A stretch of DNA of 64,000 nucleotides, taken from the NCBI GenBank assembly GCA_043825875.1, contig JBDRRF010000083.1, positions 1 through 64,000 of the forward strand, read 5' to 3'. Under the pieces are notes generated by a model. That model worked only from the letters and a program-made list of their open reading frames with translations, was not told the DNA's origin and searched no databases. The first letter of the stretch is position 1, and the number at the start of each line of letters is the position of its first letter. The position numbers and the translations under genes are program-made. Below are positions 55,620 to 64,000 of this stretch, one piece after another. The stretch is from Pseudomonadota bacterium. GTDB taxonomy: Bacteria; Desulfobacterota; Desulfobacteria; Desulfobacterales; RPRI01.

Positions 55620-55646
55620 TAAAGACGCAAAATTTTGCGTCTCTAC
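55620..55646 (-). repeat. GTAG-type REP palindrome
   Basis: Minus strand GTAGAGACGCAAAATTTTGCGTCTTTA between argD and argF. Confidence 0.65.
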
Positions 55647-55662
55647 AGGCCAATTTATTAAT

Positions 55663-56841
55663 TTACAATATATCATCAAGACATAAAATGAGAGCATCAA
55701 TTTCTTCTTTGCTTATAACAAGAGGCGGAATAAAACGGATGATTTTATCCTGTATGCAGTTTACAAGAAACCCTCTTTCCCGGCATTCGTTAACCACCTT
55801 CTCACCTTCGGCATCAAGTTCAACAGCAAGCATAAGTCCCATCCCCCTCAACTCTTTAATAGAATTATGCCTGCCTTTAAGCCACTTAAGCCTTTCCATA
55901 AAATAAGCACCAATTCTTTCACAATGCTCTAATATTTTTTCTTCAAAAATAACTTTTAATACTTCAAGTGCAGCAGATGTCACAACAGGAGTACCTCCAA
56001 AAGTAGAAGCGTGGGAACCATGCACAAAGGCTGAAGCAACATGGTCTTTTGCAAGCATTGCTCCTATAGGAAGGCCGTTTCCAAGAGCTTTGGCCAAGGT
56101 CATTATATCCGGCTCAACCCCGAAATGCTGATAAGCAAAAAGTTTTCCGGTTCGCCCTATTCCTGTTTGTATTTCATCATAAATAAGAAGAGAGCCTGTT
56201 TTATCACAAAGATCTCTTACCTTCTTTAAATAATCCGGCGCAGGGCAACGCACTCCACCTTCTCCCTGAATAGGCTCAAGAAGCACAGCACATGTTGAAT
56301 CATCTATTTTATTGGCCAGGGCATCTATATCATTGAAAGGTACGAAATCAAACCCATCGAGAATAGGATCATATCCTTTTTTTACCTTAAGCTGCCCGGT
56401 AGCAGATAAAGTCGCCATTGTCCGGCCATGAAAAGATCTCTCCATAGAAATTATTTTAAATCTTTCTTTTTTGCATGTGTCACTGAAATATTTTCGTGCC
56501 AGTTTTATTGCTGCCTCATTTGCTTCAGCTCCGCTGTTACAGAAAAAAACCTTGTCTGCAAAACTGTTTTCTACAAGCCATGCGGCAAGTTCCACCTGTG
56601 GAACAGTATAGTAAAGGTTTGATACGTGGAAAAGTATATCAGCCTGTTTGCATAACGCTTTTACTACCCTTGGATGAGTATGGCCTAAACTGCATACAGC
56701 AACACCTGCCACAAAATCGATATAAGATTTTCCATCGGTATCCCAAACTTTGCAACCCTTACCCTTCTCAATTACAATAGAAGGTCTTTTATAAGTATTT
56801 GCAATAACCTTCTCGGCTTTTTTAATAATATCGTTTTTCAT
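55663..56841 (-). CDS. argD: Acetylornithine aminotransferase
   Basis: NSGAEANEAA, SFHGRT, EPIQGEGG, DEIQTG and LAKALG motifs; alternative GTG start at 56853. Confidence 0.95.
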   Translation of the reverse strand: MKNDIIKKAEKVIANTYKRPSIVIEKGKGCKVWDTDGKSYIDFVAGVAVCSLGHTHPRVVKALCKQADILFHVSNLYYTVPQVELAAWLVENSFADKVFFCNSGAEANEAAIKLARKYFSDTCKKERFKIISMERSFHGRTMATLSATGQLKVKKGYDPILDGFDFVPFNDIDALANKIDDSTCAVLLEPIQGEGGVRCPAPDYLKKVRDLCDKTGSLLIYDEIQTGIGRTGKLFAYQHFGVEPDIMTLAKALGNGLPIGAMLAKDHVASAFVHGSHASTFGGTPVVTSAALEVLKVIFEEKILEHCERIGAYFMERLKWLKGRHNSIKELRGMGLMLAVELDAEGEKVVNECRERGFLVNCIQDKIIRFIPPLVISKEEIDALILCLDDIL

Positions 56842-56849
56842 AATTAACT

Positions 56850-57725
56850 TCACTTTCTTACTTCCGTACCTATTCCTTTATCCGTAAACAATTCAAGCAG
56901 TAAAGAATGCCGTTTTTTCCCGTTTATAATATGAACTTTCTCAACTCCGTTTTTTACCGCTTCTAACGAGCATTCTATTTTTGGAATCATGCCCCCTGAA
57001 ATACTTTCATTATCCATCATAGTCTTGGCAGCAGCAGAATCAATCGAGGAAATAAGATCCCCCGAAGCATTAAGGACTCCATCTACATCGGTAAGCAATA
57101 TAAGACGTCCAGCAGAAAGTGCCATTGCTATACTTGCTGCTACAAGATCGGCATTTATATTATAAGTCTCACCTGACATACCGGCACCCACAGGAGCAAT
57201 AACCGGTATAAATCCTTTGTCGGTAAGAGTAGTGATTATATCCGGCTTGATATTTGTTACCTCGCCTACAAGCCCGGTATCAATTATTTCCGGAGGCGTA
57301 TAGTCATCTTTCTTAAATACTATATGAAGTTTTTTAGCTAATATCAATCCGCCATCTTTTCCGCTTAAGCCAACTGCCTTTCCACCATGTTGATTTATCT
57401 GCGCAACAATGGCTTTATTGACTTTTCCGCCAAGAACCATCTCAACAACATCCATTGTGGGTTGATCTGTAAGACGCATACCTCTTACAAAAGTCGATTT
57501 TATCCCCATCTGGGAAAGCACCTGGTTTATTTGCGGGCCACCCCCATGAACAATTACAGGATTAAGCCCGACAAATTTCATCAATACGATATCGCGGGCA
57601 AAATCTTCTTTTAATTGTTCATCAACCATTGCATGACCACCATACTTTATTACTATAGTCATGCCGTAAAAACGCCTGATATAAGGCAGTGCCTCTATTA
57701 ATATATCCGCAACATTTGGATTCAT
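56850..57725 (-). CDS. argB: Acetylglutamate kinase
   Basis: [22 protein letters not shown] and GGMIPK motifs. Confidence 0.97.
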   Translation of the reverse strand: MNPNVADILIEALPYIRRFYGMTIVIKYGGHAMVDEQLKEDFARDIVLMKFVGLNPVIVHGGGPQINQVLSQMGIKSTFVRGMRLTDQPTMDVVEMVLGGKVNKAIVAQINQHGGKAVGLSGKDGGLILAKKLHIVFKKDDYTPPEIIDTGLVGEVTNIKPDIITTLTDKGFIPVIAPVGAGMSGETYNINADLVAASIAMALSAGRLILLTDVDGVLNASGDLISSIDSAAAKTMMDNESISGGMIPKIECSLEAVKNGVEKVHIINGKKRHSLLLELFTDKGIGTEVRK

Positions 57726-57803
57726 TTTCCCTAATAGCCCTTACACTATAATCTTCTTTTACAACCCCCTTTGTCCCCCTTTGCTAAGGGGGAATGAAGA
57801 GGA

Positions 57804-57907
57804 AACCGTGAAGCTTAAACCTTAAAACCTTTAACCCTGAACCCTGAACTGTGAACTGTGAACCTTGAACCCTGAACCTTAACCCTGAACCTGAACCCTA
57901 AACCCTA
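57804..57907. repeat. Degenerate heptamer tandem array (AACCCTG-like, ~14-15 units)
   Basis: aaccgtg aagctta aacctta ... aaccctg aaccctg aactgtg aactgtg aaccttg ... aacccta; the last unit contains the hslU stop codon. Confidence 0.8.
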
Positions 57908-59278
57908 CAGAATATACCTGCTCAGATCCTCATCATCTTTAATATCTTTTAATTTACTTAAAACAGCTTTTGCATCAATTGTAATATCTCCACCAGGCAT
58001 ATCCGGAGCATCAAAAAGAATATCTTCAAGCAAGCATTCCATAATAGTATGAAGCCTTCTTGCTCCTATATTTTCAGTATGATTGTTAACCTCTTCGGCA
58101 ATTCTTGCAATTTCCTCAATTGCTTCAGATTCAAAAATGATATTAACCCCTTCTGTTTTAAGCATAGCAATATATTGGATAAGTAAAGCATTTTTGGGCT
58201 CTTTTAAAATCCTGACGAACTCTTTCTGGCCAAGCGCATCAAGCTCAACACGTATAGGAAAACGCCCCTGAAGTTCGGGTATAAGATCTGAAGGCTTAAC
58301 CGCATGAAATGCGCCGGATGCGATGAAAAGAATATGATCGGTCTTGACAGCACCATATTTTGTCATAACTACACTACCTTCAACTATCGGAAGAAGATCT
58401 CTCTGTACCCCTTCCCTGGAGACATCAGGCCCTGATCCGCCGTTTTTCCCGGCTATTTTATCAATTTCATCAATAAATATAATTCCTGACTGCTCAACCT
58501 TTAAAATCGCATTTTTTATAACTTTATCCATATCCACAAGCCGCTGGGATTCTTCCAATGTCAATACTTCCATAGCTTCGGATACTTTTATTTTACGTTT
58601 CTTTGTTGATTTAGGCATCATGCCGCCAAGCATATCCTTAAAATTGATACCCATCTCTTCCATGCCTAAATTGGAGAACACCTCTACCACAGGCATTTGT
58701 CTTTCTGAAATATCAAGATCTATAATGCGGTCATCAAGCTTTCCCTTGCGGAGCATGTCACGGAGTTTATTTCTTGTTGCAGATGCGTCTGTGCTTTCAG
58801 TATTAACAGGTTCCAATCCGACTTCAGTTGATTCATTAGTTTTATCAACTTCCTGGCGGTTTGATTTTGGAAGCAGGACATCAAGCATTCTTTCTTCTGC
58901 AAGAACCATAGCTTTCTCTTTTACATCTTCCTGTTCCTTTGATTTTACCATGGTTACGGTTAATTCAAGAAGATCCCTTACCATAGATTCAACATCTCGC
59001 CCTACATATCCGACTTCGGTAAACTTGGATGCTTCAACTTTGTTAAAAGGTGAATCCGTAAGCTTTGACAGTCTTCTTGCTATTTCTGTTTTTCCAACAC
59101 CTGTAGGACCTATAAGTATGATATTTTTAGGCGCAATCTCATCGCGAAGCTCATCAGGCACCTGCTGTCTGCGCCAGCGGTTTCTTAATGCTATTGCTAC
59201 CGATTTTTTAGCCTTGTGCTGGCCGATTATATATTTATCAAGTTCTTTTACTATTTCCGATGGTTTTAAATTTTCCAT
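57905..59278 (-). CDS. hslU: ATP-dependent protease ATPase subunit HslU
   Basis: [32 protein letters not shown] and C-terminal DLSRYIL. Confidence 0.98.
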   Translation of the reverse strand: MENLKPSEIVKELDKYIIGQHKAKKSVAIALRNRWRRQQVPDELRDEIAPKNIILIGPTGVGKTEIARRLSKLTDSPFNKVEASKFTEVGYVGRDVESMVRDLLELTVTMVKSKEQEDVKEKAMVLAEERMLDVLLPKSNRQEVDKTNESTEVGLEPVNTESTDASATRNKLRDMLRKGKLDDRIIDLDISERQMPVVEVFSNLGMEEMGINFKDMLGGMMPKSTKKRKIKVSEAMEVLTLEESQRLVDMDKVIKNAILKVEQSGIIFIDEIDKIAGKNGGSGPDVSREGVQRDLLPIVEGSVVMTKYGAVKTDHILFIASGAFHAVKPSDLIPELQGRFPIRVELDALGQKEFVRILKEPKNALLIQYIAMLKTEGVNIIFESEAIEEIARIAEEVNNHTENIGARRLHTIMECLLEDILFDAPDMPGGDITIDAKAVLSKLKDIKDDEDLSRYIL

Positions 59279-59282
59279 ATTT

Positions 59283-59813
59283 TCAAAGTTCTTCTATAGT
59301 TATTTTTTCGTTTGTAAACACGCAAAGAGATGAAGCTATTTTCATCGATTCTTCAACAATTTCCCTTGCATTAAGACCGGAGTTTTTGACTAAAGCAGTA
59401 GCTGCAGCCTGCGCTCCAATCCCTCCTGACCCTATGCCGATTACACCTTCATCAGGTTCTATAACATCCCCGTTTCCTGAAATAAGAAAAATTCTGGTGT
59501 TATCAACTGCTATCATGAGCGCCTCAAGACGTCTTAAATACTTATCAGTTCGCCAATCTTTCGCAAGTTCAACAGCGCTTCTTGTAAGATTGCCGTTATA
59601 TCTTTCAAGTTTTTCTTCAAGACGTTCCGAAAGGTTCAGGGCATCGGCAGTAGCTCCTGCAAATCCTACTATAATGGTATCATTGTATATCCTTCTTACT
59701 TTTTTAGCCGTGTGTTTAACAACAGTATTATTTAGAGTCACCTGACCGTCACCTGCAACTGCTATTTTCCCTTTATGCCTGACAGCAAGAATTGTCGTTC
59801 CGTGGAAATTCAT
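59283..59813 (-). CDS. hslV: ATP-dependent protease peptidase subunit HslV
   Basis: [20 protein letters not shown] and GIGSGG motifs. Confidence 0.97.
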   Translation of the reverse strand: MNFHGTTILAVRHKGKIAVAGDGQVTLNNTVVKHTAKKVRRIYNDTIIVGFAGATADALNLSERLEEKLERYNGNLTRSAVELAKDWRTDKYLRRLEALMIAVDNTRIFLISGNGDVIEPDEGVIGIGSGGIGAQAAATALVKNSGLNAREIVEESMKIASSLCVFTNEKITIEEL

Positions 59814-59843
59814 GATTATATTTTCCCAATTTTTTTATTCTTA

Positions 59844-60776
59844 TTATTTTCTTGGATGAGCCTTGTCATATGTCTCCATAAGCCTGCCTATGCCAACATG
59901 CGTATATCTTTGCGTAGTTGAAAGGCTTTTATGCCCTAATAATTCCTGAACAACCCTTAAGTCTGCACCGGCATCCAGCATGTGTGTGGCAAAAGAATGC
60001 CTTAACGCATGAGGCGAAACAGGCACTGAAATACTAAATTCTTTTACAAATTTTTCAAGTATTCTGGCAATAGATCTTGTAGTAAGACGCCCTTTATTCT
60101 TATTTAAAAAAAGCGGATTGTTCTCATCTGATATTTTATTGTCTTTTCCCAGCTTCTCCCTGTATAACTTTATTGCATCCATAGCCTTACTGCCTATAGG
60201 TACAATCCTTTCTTTGTCACCCTTTCCAAATACCTTTATTAAACCGGCCCCAAATTCAATACTTGAAACATTAAGACCTGCAAGCTCTGATACTCTTATA
60301 CCGGAAGAATACATAGTCTCAAAAATGGCACGGTTTCTTAAGCCGGAAACCGTATCGGTTTTTATTGAATCAAGCAGACGAAACATTTCGTCGACAGTAA
60401 GATAAGCCGGAATATTTTTATCCTGTTTAGGCGTTGATATCAATTCAACAGGATTATTTGATATAATGTTATGCCTTACAAGATGTTTGAAAAATGATCT
60501 GAGAGCGGAAAGCTTTCTGACTATAGAATTTTTTTTGTCCTTCTTGTGCAAATAACCAAGAAATGCCCTTATCAACAAGTGATCAGCATCTTCTACCATA
60601 AATGGTTTTTTCTCAGACTCTTCATCGCTGTTTAGCCCTGATTTTTTAGCAGCAAAGGATGCAAACTCATCAAGATCATTTGCATAAGCACGACAGGTAT
60701 TATGAGAATATCCTTTTTCAGAAGCAAGAGTTTCAATAAATGAACTTATTATACTATCAATAGGATGTTTGTTCAT
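59844..60776 (-). CDS. xerC: Tyrosine recombinase XerC
   Basis: GIRVSEL, GKGDKER, HALRHSFATH and LLGH...TTQRY motifs; xerC-hslVU synteny. Confidence 0.9.
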   Translation of the reverse strand: MNKHPIDSIISSFIETLASEKGYSHNTCRAYANDLDEFASFAAKKSGLNSDEESEKKPFMVEDADHLLIRAFLGYLHKKDKKNSIVRKLSALRSFFKHLVRHNIISNNPVELISTPKQDKNIPAYLTVDEMFRLLDSIKTDTVSGLRNRAIFETMYSSGIRVSELAGLNVSSIEFGAGLIKVFGKGDKERIVPIGSKAMDAIKLYREKLGKDNKISDENNPLFLNKNKGRLTTRSIARILEKFVKEFSISVPVSPHALRHSFATHMLDAGADLRVVQELLGHKSLSTTQRYTHVGIGRLMETYDKAHPRK

Positions 60777-61378
60777 TTTGCAGAACCATTGGCCAAACCG
60801 TTGAAATTGATAAATGATTCGAGTTCATCCCAGCTTTCTACCTCAATAAACGGGTGTTTTTCTCTATTCCACGGTTGTTTGAAAACAACAGGCGTAACAC
60901 CTTGTTCATTTAAAGCAAAACATGTTTCAAGCCTGTCTTCCACAAAAAATGATATTTTTTTTTCTAAAAGAACGCCAGCCTTTGCTTCAAAGGAACCTGT
61001 AGCTACTACCTCCACCAGGGAAGGGTTAACCGATAACGTTTCTGATATCCAATCGTGTATCGGCCCGATATACGGTCTTGCGGTTACAAACAGCAGCGGC
61101 CCTTCTTTGCTTAACCTGCTTAGCACCCTTGCTGATCCTTCAATCGGTTTTAAGGGAGCACTATGCTGGCCATCAAGTATTTTATTTATTATATCACTTA
61201 TTATCTCCGGGTCGATTTTGATACATTCTTCGATATAATAGGATGTAATATCATTATAATTCAGATCTAACTTATAATCATCCCTTGCAATATCAATAAA
61301 TAAAGTCATTATATCGGCAACAACGCCGTCAATATCAAAGGCCAGAGAAGATGAGTCTATCATAAGACACCTTGACAC
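60773..61378 (-). CDS. HAD-superfamily 5'-nucleotidase-like protein
   Basis: FDIDGVVAD, VTAR, VEDR and QPWN motifs. Confidence 0.8.
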   Translation of the reverse strand: MSRCLMIDSSSLAFDIDGVVADIMTLFIDIARDDYKLDLNYNDITSYYIEECIKIDPEIISDIINKILDGQHSAPLKPIEGSARVLSRLSKEGPLLFVTARPYIGPIHDWISETLSVNPSLVEVVATGSFEAKAGVLLEKKISFFVEDRLETCFALNEQGVTPVVFKQPWNREKHPFIEVESWDELESFINFNGLANGSAK

Positions 61379-61412
61379 ATATACTCTAATCCAAAAAGAT
61401 AAATGATAATAA

Positions 61413-61733
61413 TTAAACTCTTGTCTTTTTCTTAAGCTTTATTATCCTGCTGCGATATATCTTAGACATTTTAGAATTATCATCACCAATAGCAGCTTCA
61501 TGCTTTGACTTTAATTCCTTAATTTTAACCTTTAATTCCCGAACGTTTGCATTGGTCTTTTTAGAGGGAGCGTCCACTATGCCCCTGGCCTCTTTGATCG
61601 TACCTATAAGCTCATCTTTATTCATGCCATGAGCTCCTGTAACTCCGGGAGTATTTATTGCAAGTTCTCTCAAATCTTTAGCGGTCATTTTATCAAGAGG
61701 TTTTTCTTTTACTGCTTTTTTCTTGCTGCCCAT
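61413..61733 (-). CDS. Rho-termination-factor N-terminal-like small basic protein
   Basis: LDKMTAKDLRELA...HGMNKDELI; AGGAG RBS. Confidence 0.7.
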   Translation of the reverse strand: MGSKKKAVKEKPLDKMTAKDLRELAINTPGVTGAHGMNKDELIGTIKEARGIVDAPSKKTNANVRELKVKIKELKSKHEAAIGDDNSKMSKIYRSRIIKLKKKTRV

Positions 61734-61901
61734 CTGAATTTCAATCTCCTTTCTCTGTCCTTGTAAAAAGCATAAGCGGAAGCAGCTACGCCTCCGCTAT
61801 AAAATTAAAACTAATTAGTATGATAGCGGTAATATCTTATAAAATACATCCTACCTTAAACTATTTATTTCTATAATGTCAATAAAATAGATGCCTTTCT
61901 A

Positions 61902-62672
61902 TTAATCTGTCTTTTTCTGTGATGTCATAGCAGATGCTAAATCTATAAATGGCTTAAACATATCTATCGGAACAGGAAAAATAGTCGTTGTATTCTGTTC
62001 GGAAGACATTTCCCTCATGGTCTGAAGATACCTAAGCTGTAAGGCCATAGGATAATCCCCTATGATCTGTGCAGCTTCGGCAAGTTTAGTCGCAGCCTGC
62101 TGTTCGCCTTCCGCATTGATTATTTTAGCTCTCCGCTCTCTCTCAGCCTCAGCCTGCTTGGCCATTGCCCTTTGCATTTCCTGGGGAAGATCAATATGTT
62201 TAAGCTCTACAGTTGCAACCTTTATTCCCCATGGATCCGTATGCGTATCAAGTATCTCCTGTATCTGGGAATTTATTTTTTCTCTTTCCGATAAAAGATC
62301 ATCAAGCTCACCCTGACCGCAAATGCTTCTTATAGTAGTTTGTGCAAGCTGAGTCATCGCATACTGATAATTTTCAACTTCAATAACAGCCTTTACAGTA
62401 TCTATTACCCTGAAATAAATAACCGCATTAACCTTAACAGAGACATTATCCTTTGTAATTACATCCTGAGGATCAACATCTATTACAATAAGTCGAAGGC
62501 TGACTTTTACCATCTGGTCAACAAAAGGAATCAGGAGTATTATGCCAGGCCCCTTTGCCTTGATAACGCGTCCAAGCCTGAATATAACTCCCCGTTCATA
62601 TTCATTTAATATTCTAATGGATGTAGCAAGAAAAAATATTACAATAAACAATATGCCAATAAATGAATACAT
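61902..62672 (-). CDS. SPFH / slipin (stomatin-like) protein
   Basis: [28 protein letters not shown] and LQLRYLQT motifs. Confidence 0.95.
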   Translation of the reverse strand: MYSFIGILFIVIFFLATSIRILNEYERGVIFRLGRVIKAKGPGIILLIPFVDQMVKVSLRLIVIDVDPQDVITKDNVSVKVNAVIYFRVIDTVKAVIEVENYQYAMTQLAQTTIRSICGQGELDDLLSEREKINSQIQEILDTHTDPWGIKVATVELKHIDLPQEMQRAMAKQAEAERERRAKIINAEGEQQAATKLAEAAQIIGDYPMALQLRYLQTMREMSSEQNTTTIFPVPIDMFKPFIDLASAMTSQKKTD

Positions 62673-62720
62673 TTTATTCTCCTTTTTATGTTAAAGTTAA
62701 GTTGGAATTGCAAAACGCTT

Positions 62721-64000
62721 TTATTTATCAATCTGCTCGACTTCCAAAATCAGGTTATCTATTTCAACAATCTTAACTTTAGTTCCTTCAGACAAAGGAA
62801 TTTTTGATCTTGCTTTCCACAACTCACCATGCACAAAAACCTTTCCTTCCGGCATGATATCTTTTTTTACTATTCCTGTTTCTCCAATCAAACCTTCAGA
62901 ACCCGATCTTGATTTCGAAACCTGAGCTTTAAAAATAAGTGCGGAAACAGTTACAAAAAAAAGCGAAATAAAAATCACTGTTGGAAGAAGAACATCAAGC
63001 GAAACCCTCATGCCTGGAACCGATCCTTCAAAAAGCATAAGAGAGCCTAATAAGAATGATATAACGCCTGCCACACTTAACATTCCGTAACTGGCAATCT
63101 TCATCTCCAAAATAAAAAATATAACAGCAAGCGCTATAAGAAGCATACCTGCATAGTTTATTGGAAGTACCTGAAAAGAAAAAAATGCCAGTATAAGCGA
63201 GATCCCACCTACTACTCCCGGGAAAACCGCACCCGGATGCGCCATCTCAAAATAAAGGCCAGCAAGCCCTATCATCATAAGAATATAAGAAATATTCGGA
63301 TTCCCGATAGTTTTTAGAATCTTTGTTCTAAGAGTCTCTTTGTATTTGGTTATCTTATATTCATCAAGCTTTAATATACCTTTGCCCTTAATTTTTCGTC
63401 CATTTATTTTTTTTATCAAATCATCAAGATTTTTTGCCGTAAGATCAATTACATTTTCTTTAAGCGCTTCTGCTTCAGTAATAGATACACTTTTTCGAAC
63501 TGCATTTTCCGCCCACTCAACATTCCTGAATCGTGTTGCTGCAATGCTTCTGGCGTATGCGGCCATGTCGTTTGTAATTTTATCAGACATTGTTCCGCCT
63601 ATATCTTTTCCTCCTGCTCCCACAGGATGCGCAGCTCCGATATTTGTACCAGGAGCCATTGCTGCTATATCCGCAGCCATAGTGATTATAACTCCGGCAG
63701 AAGCCGCCCTTGCTCCGTCAGGCGCAACATAAACCACAACCGGAATCTTTGATGCAAGAATATCAACAACCATTCCCCGCATAGATTCAGCAAGCCCTCC
63801 CGGAGTATTAAGTTTTATTATGATGCAGCCAAAACCGTTTTTCTCGGCATACTTTATTCCGCTTTTTAAATAATCGGCAATACCCGGATTTATATCTGCT
63901 GAAATATTGATCAGACATATATCCTGCCCGCCGGCAAAAACATAATTTGCGGGGATAAGTATAAAAAAAGACAGGAAAAATAATATTCCGTATACTACGG
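62721..64000 (-). CDS. nfeD: NfeD-family membrane serine protease (5' end beyond the window)
   Basis: LNTPGG, AASAG, NIGAAHPV and C-terminal VHGELWKA motifs; frame stays open to the window edge; paired with SPFH. Confidence 0.9.
   Translation of the reverse strand, partial: VVYGILFFLSFFILIPANYVFAGGQDICLINISADINPGIADYLKSGIKYAEKNGFGCIIIKLNTPGGLAESMRGMVVDILASKIPVVVYVAPDGARAASAGVIITMAADIAAMAPGTNIGAAHPVGAGGKDIGGTMSDKITNDMAAYARSIAATRFRNVEWAENAVRKSVSITEAEALKENVIDLTAKNLDDLIKKINGRKIKGKGILKLDEYKITKYKETLRTKILKTIGNPNISYILMMIGLAGLYFEMAHPGAVFPGVVGGISLILAFFSFQVLPINYAGMLLIALAVIFFILEMKIASYGMLSVAGVISFLLGSLMLFEGSVPGMRVSLDVLLPTVIFISLFFVTVSALIFKAQVSKSRSGSEGLIGETGIVKKDIMPEGKVFVHGELWKARSKIPLSEGTKVKIVEIDNLILEVEQIDK

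Noticed and set aside
57804..57907. CRISPR array (also considered for 669-852 and 44238-44322)
   Set aside because: These are 7-8-nt tandem units with no unique spacers, and no cas genes are present.
58344..59333. 329-aa ORF on the + strand
   Set aside because: It lies antisense to hslU/hslV with no recognisable motifs and is a shadow ORF.
59844..60776. Tyrosine recombinase as a possible prophage or island integrase
   Set aside because: XerC motifs and the xerC-hslV-hslU context indicate a housekeeping gene; no att sites or cargo are present.

Overview
This is a low-GC bacterial chromosomal segment. Gene content (PEP-CTERM protein, Hdr-like genes, MglA, DVU0772-type protein, arg/dap block with xerC-hslVU) points to a Desulfobacterota-like anaerobe; this placement is inference. 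Most of the window is housekeeping: ahcY-metK-panC, rmlA-fcl-gmd, tadA, purA, purC, mdh, korAB-type oxidoreductase, mgtE, pgsA-fsa-folK-dapL-dapF-lysA-argHGFDB-hslUV-xerC, SPFH-nfeD, plus tRNA-Arg(ACG) and tRNA-Pro(CGG). The most notable observations are: (1) a selenoprotein hidden by the ORF track, an HdrC/D-like protein (17580-18803) with an in-frame TGA in a PE-U-GH motif followed by an fdhF-like SECIS, closing an mdh-PocR-hdrA'-hdrA''/mvhD gene run; (2) an apparent MarR-controlled cluster of unknown function with two short MttB-like paralogues, an AsnB-type amidotransferase, a SoxB/DadA-family flavoprotein, an MBL hydrolase and a nitrilase-family amidase, with candidate operator palindromes over its promoter; (3) three copies of a ~143-bp MITE with perfect 4-bp target duplications, plus a divergent element sharing the same internal structural motif; (4) GTAG-type REPs, inverted 7/8-mer repeat arrays, an MglA-DUF4388/cNMP-PilZ module lacking mglB, and a small GC-richer islet after tRNA-Pro. 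No CRISPR array, prophage or autonomous transposase was seen.
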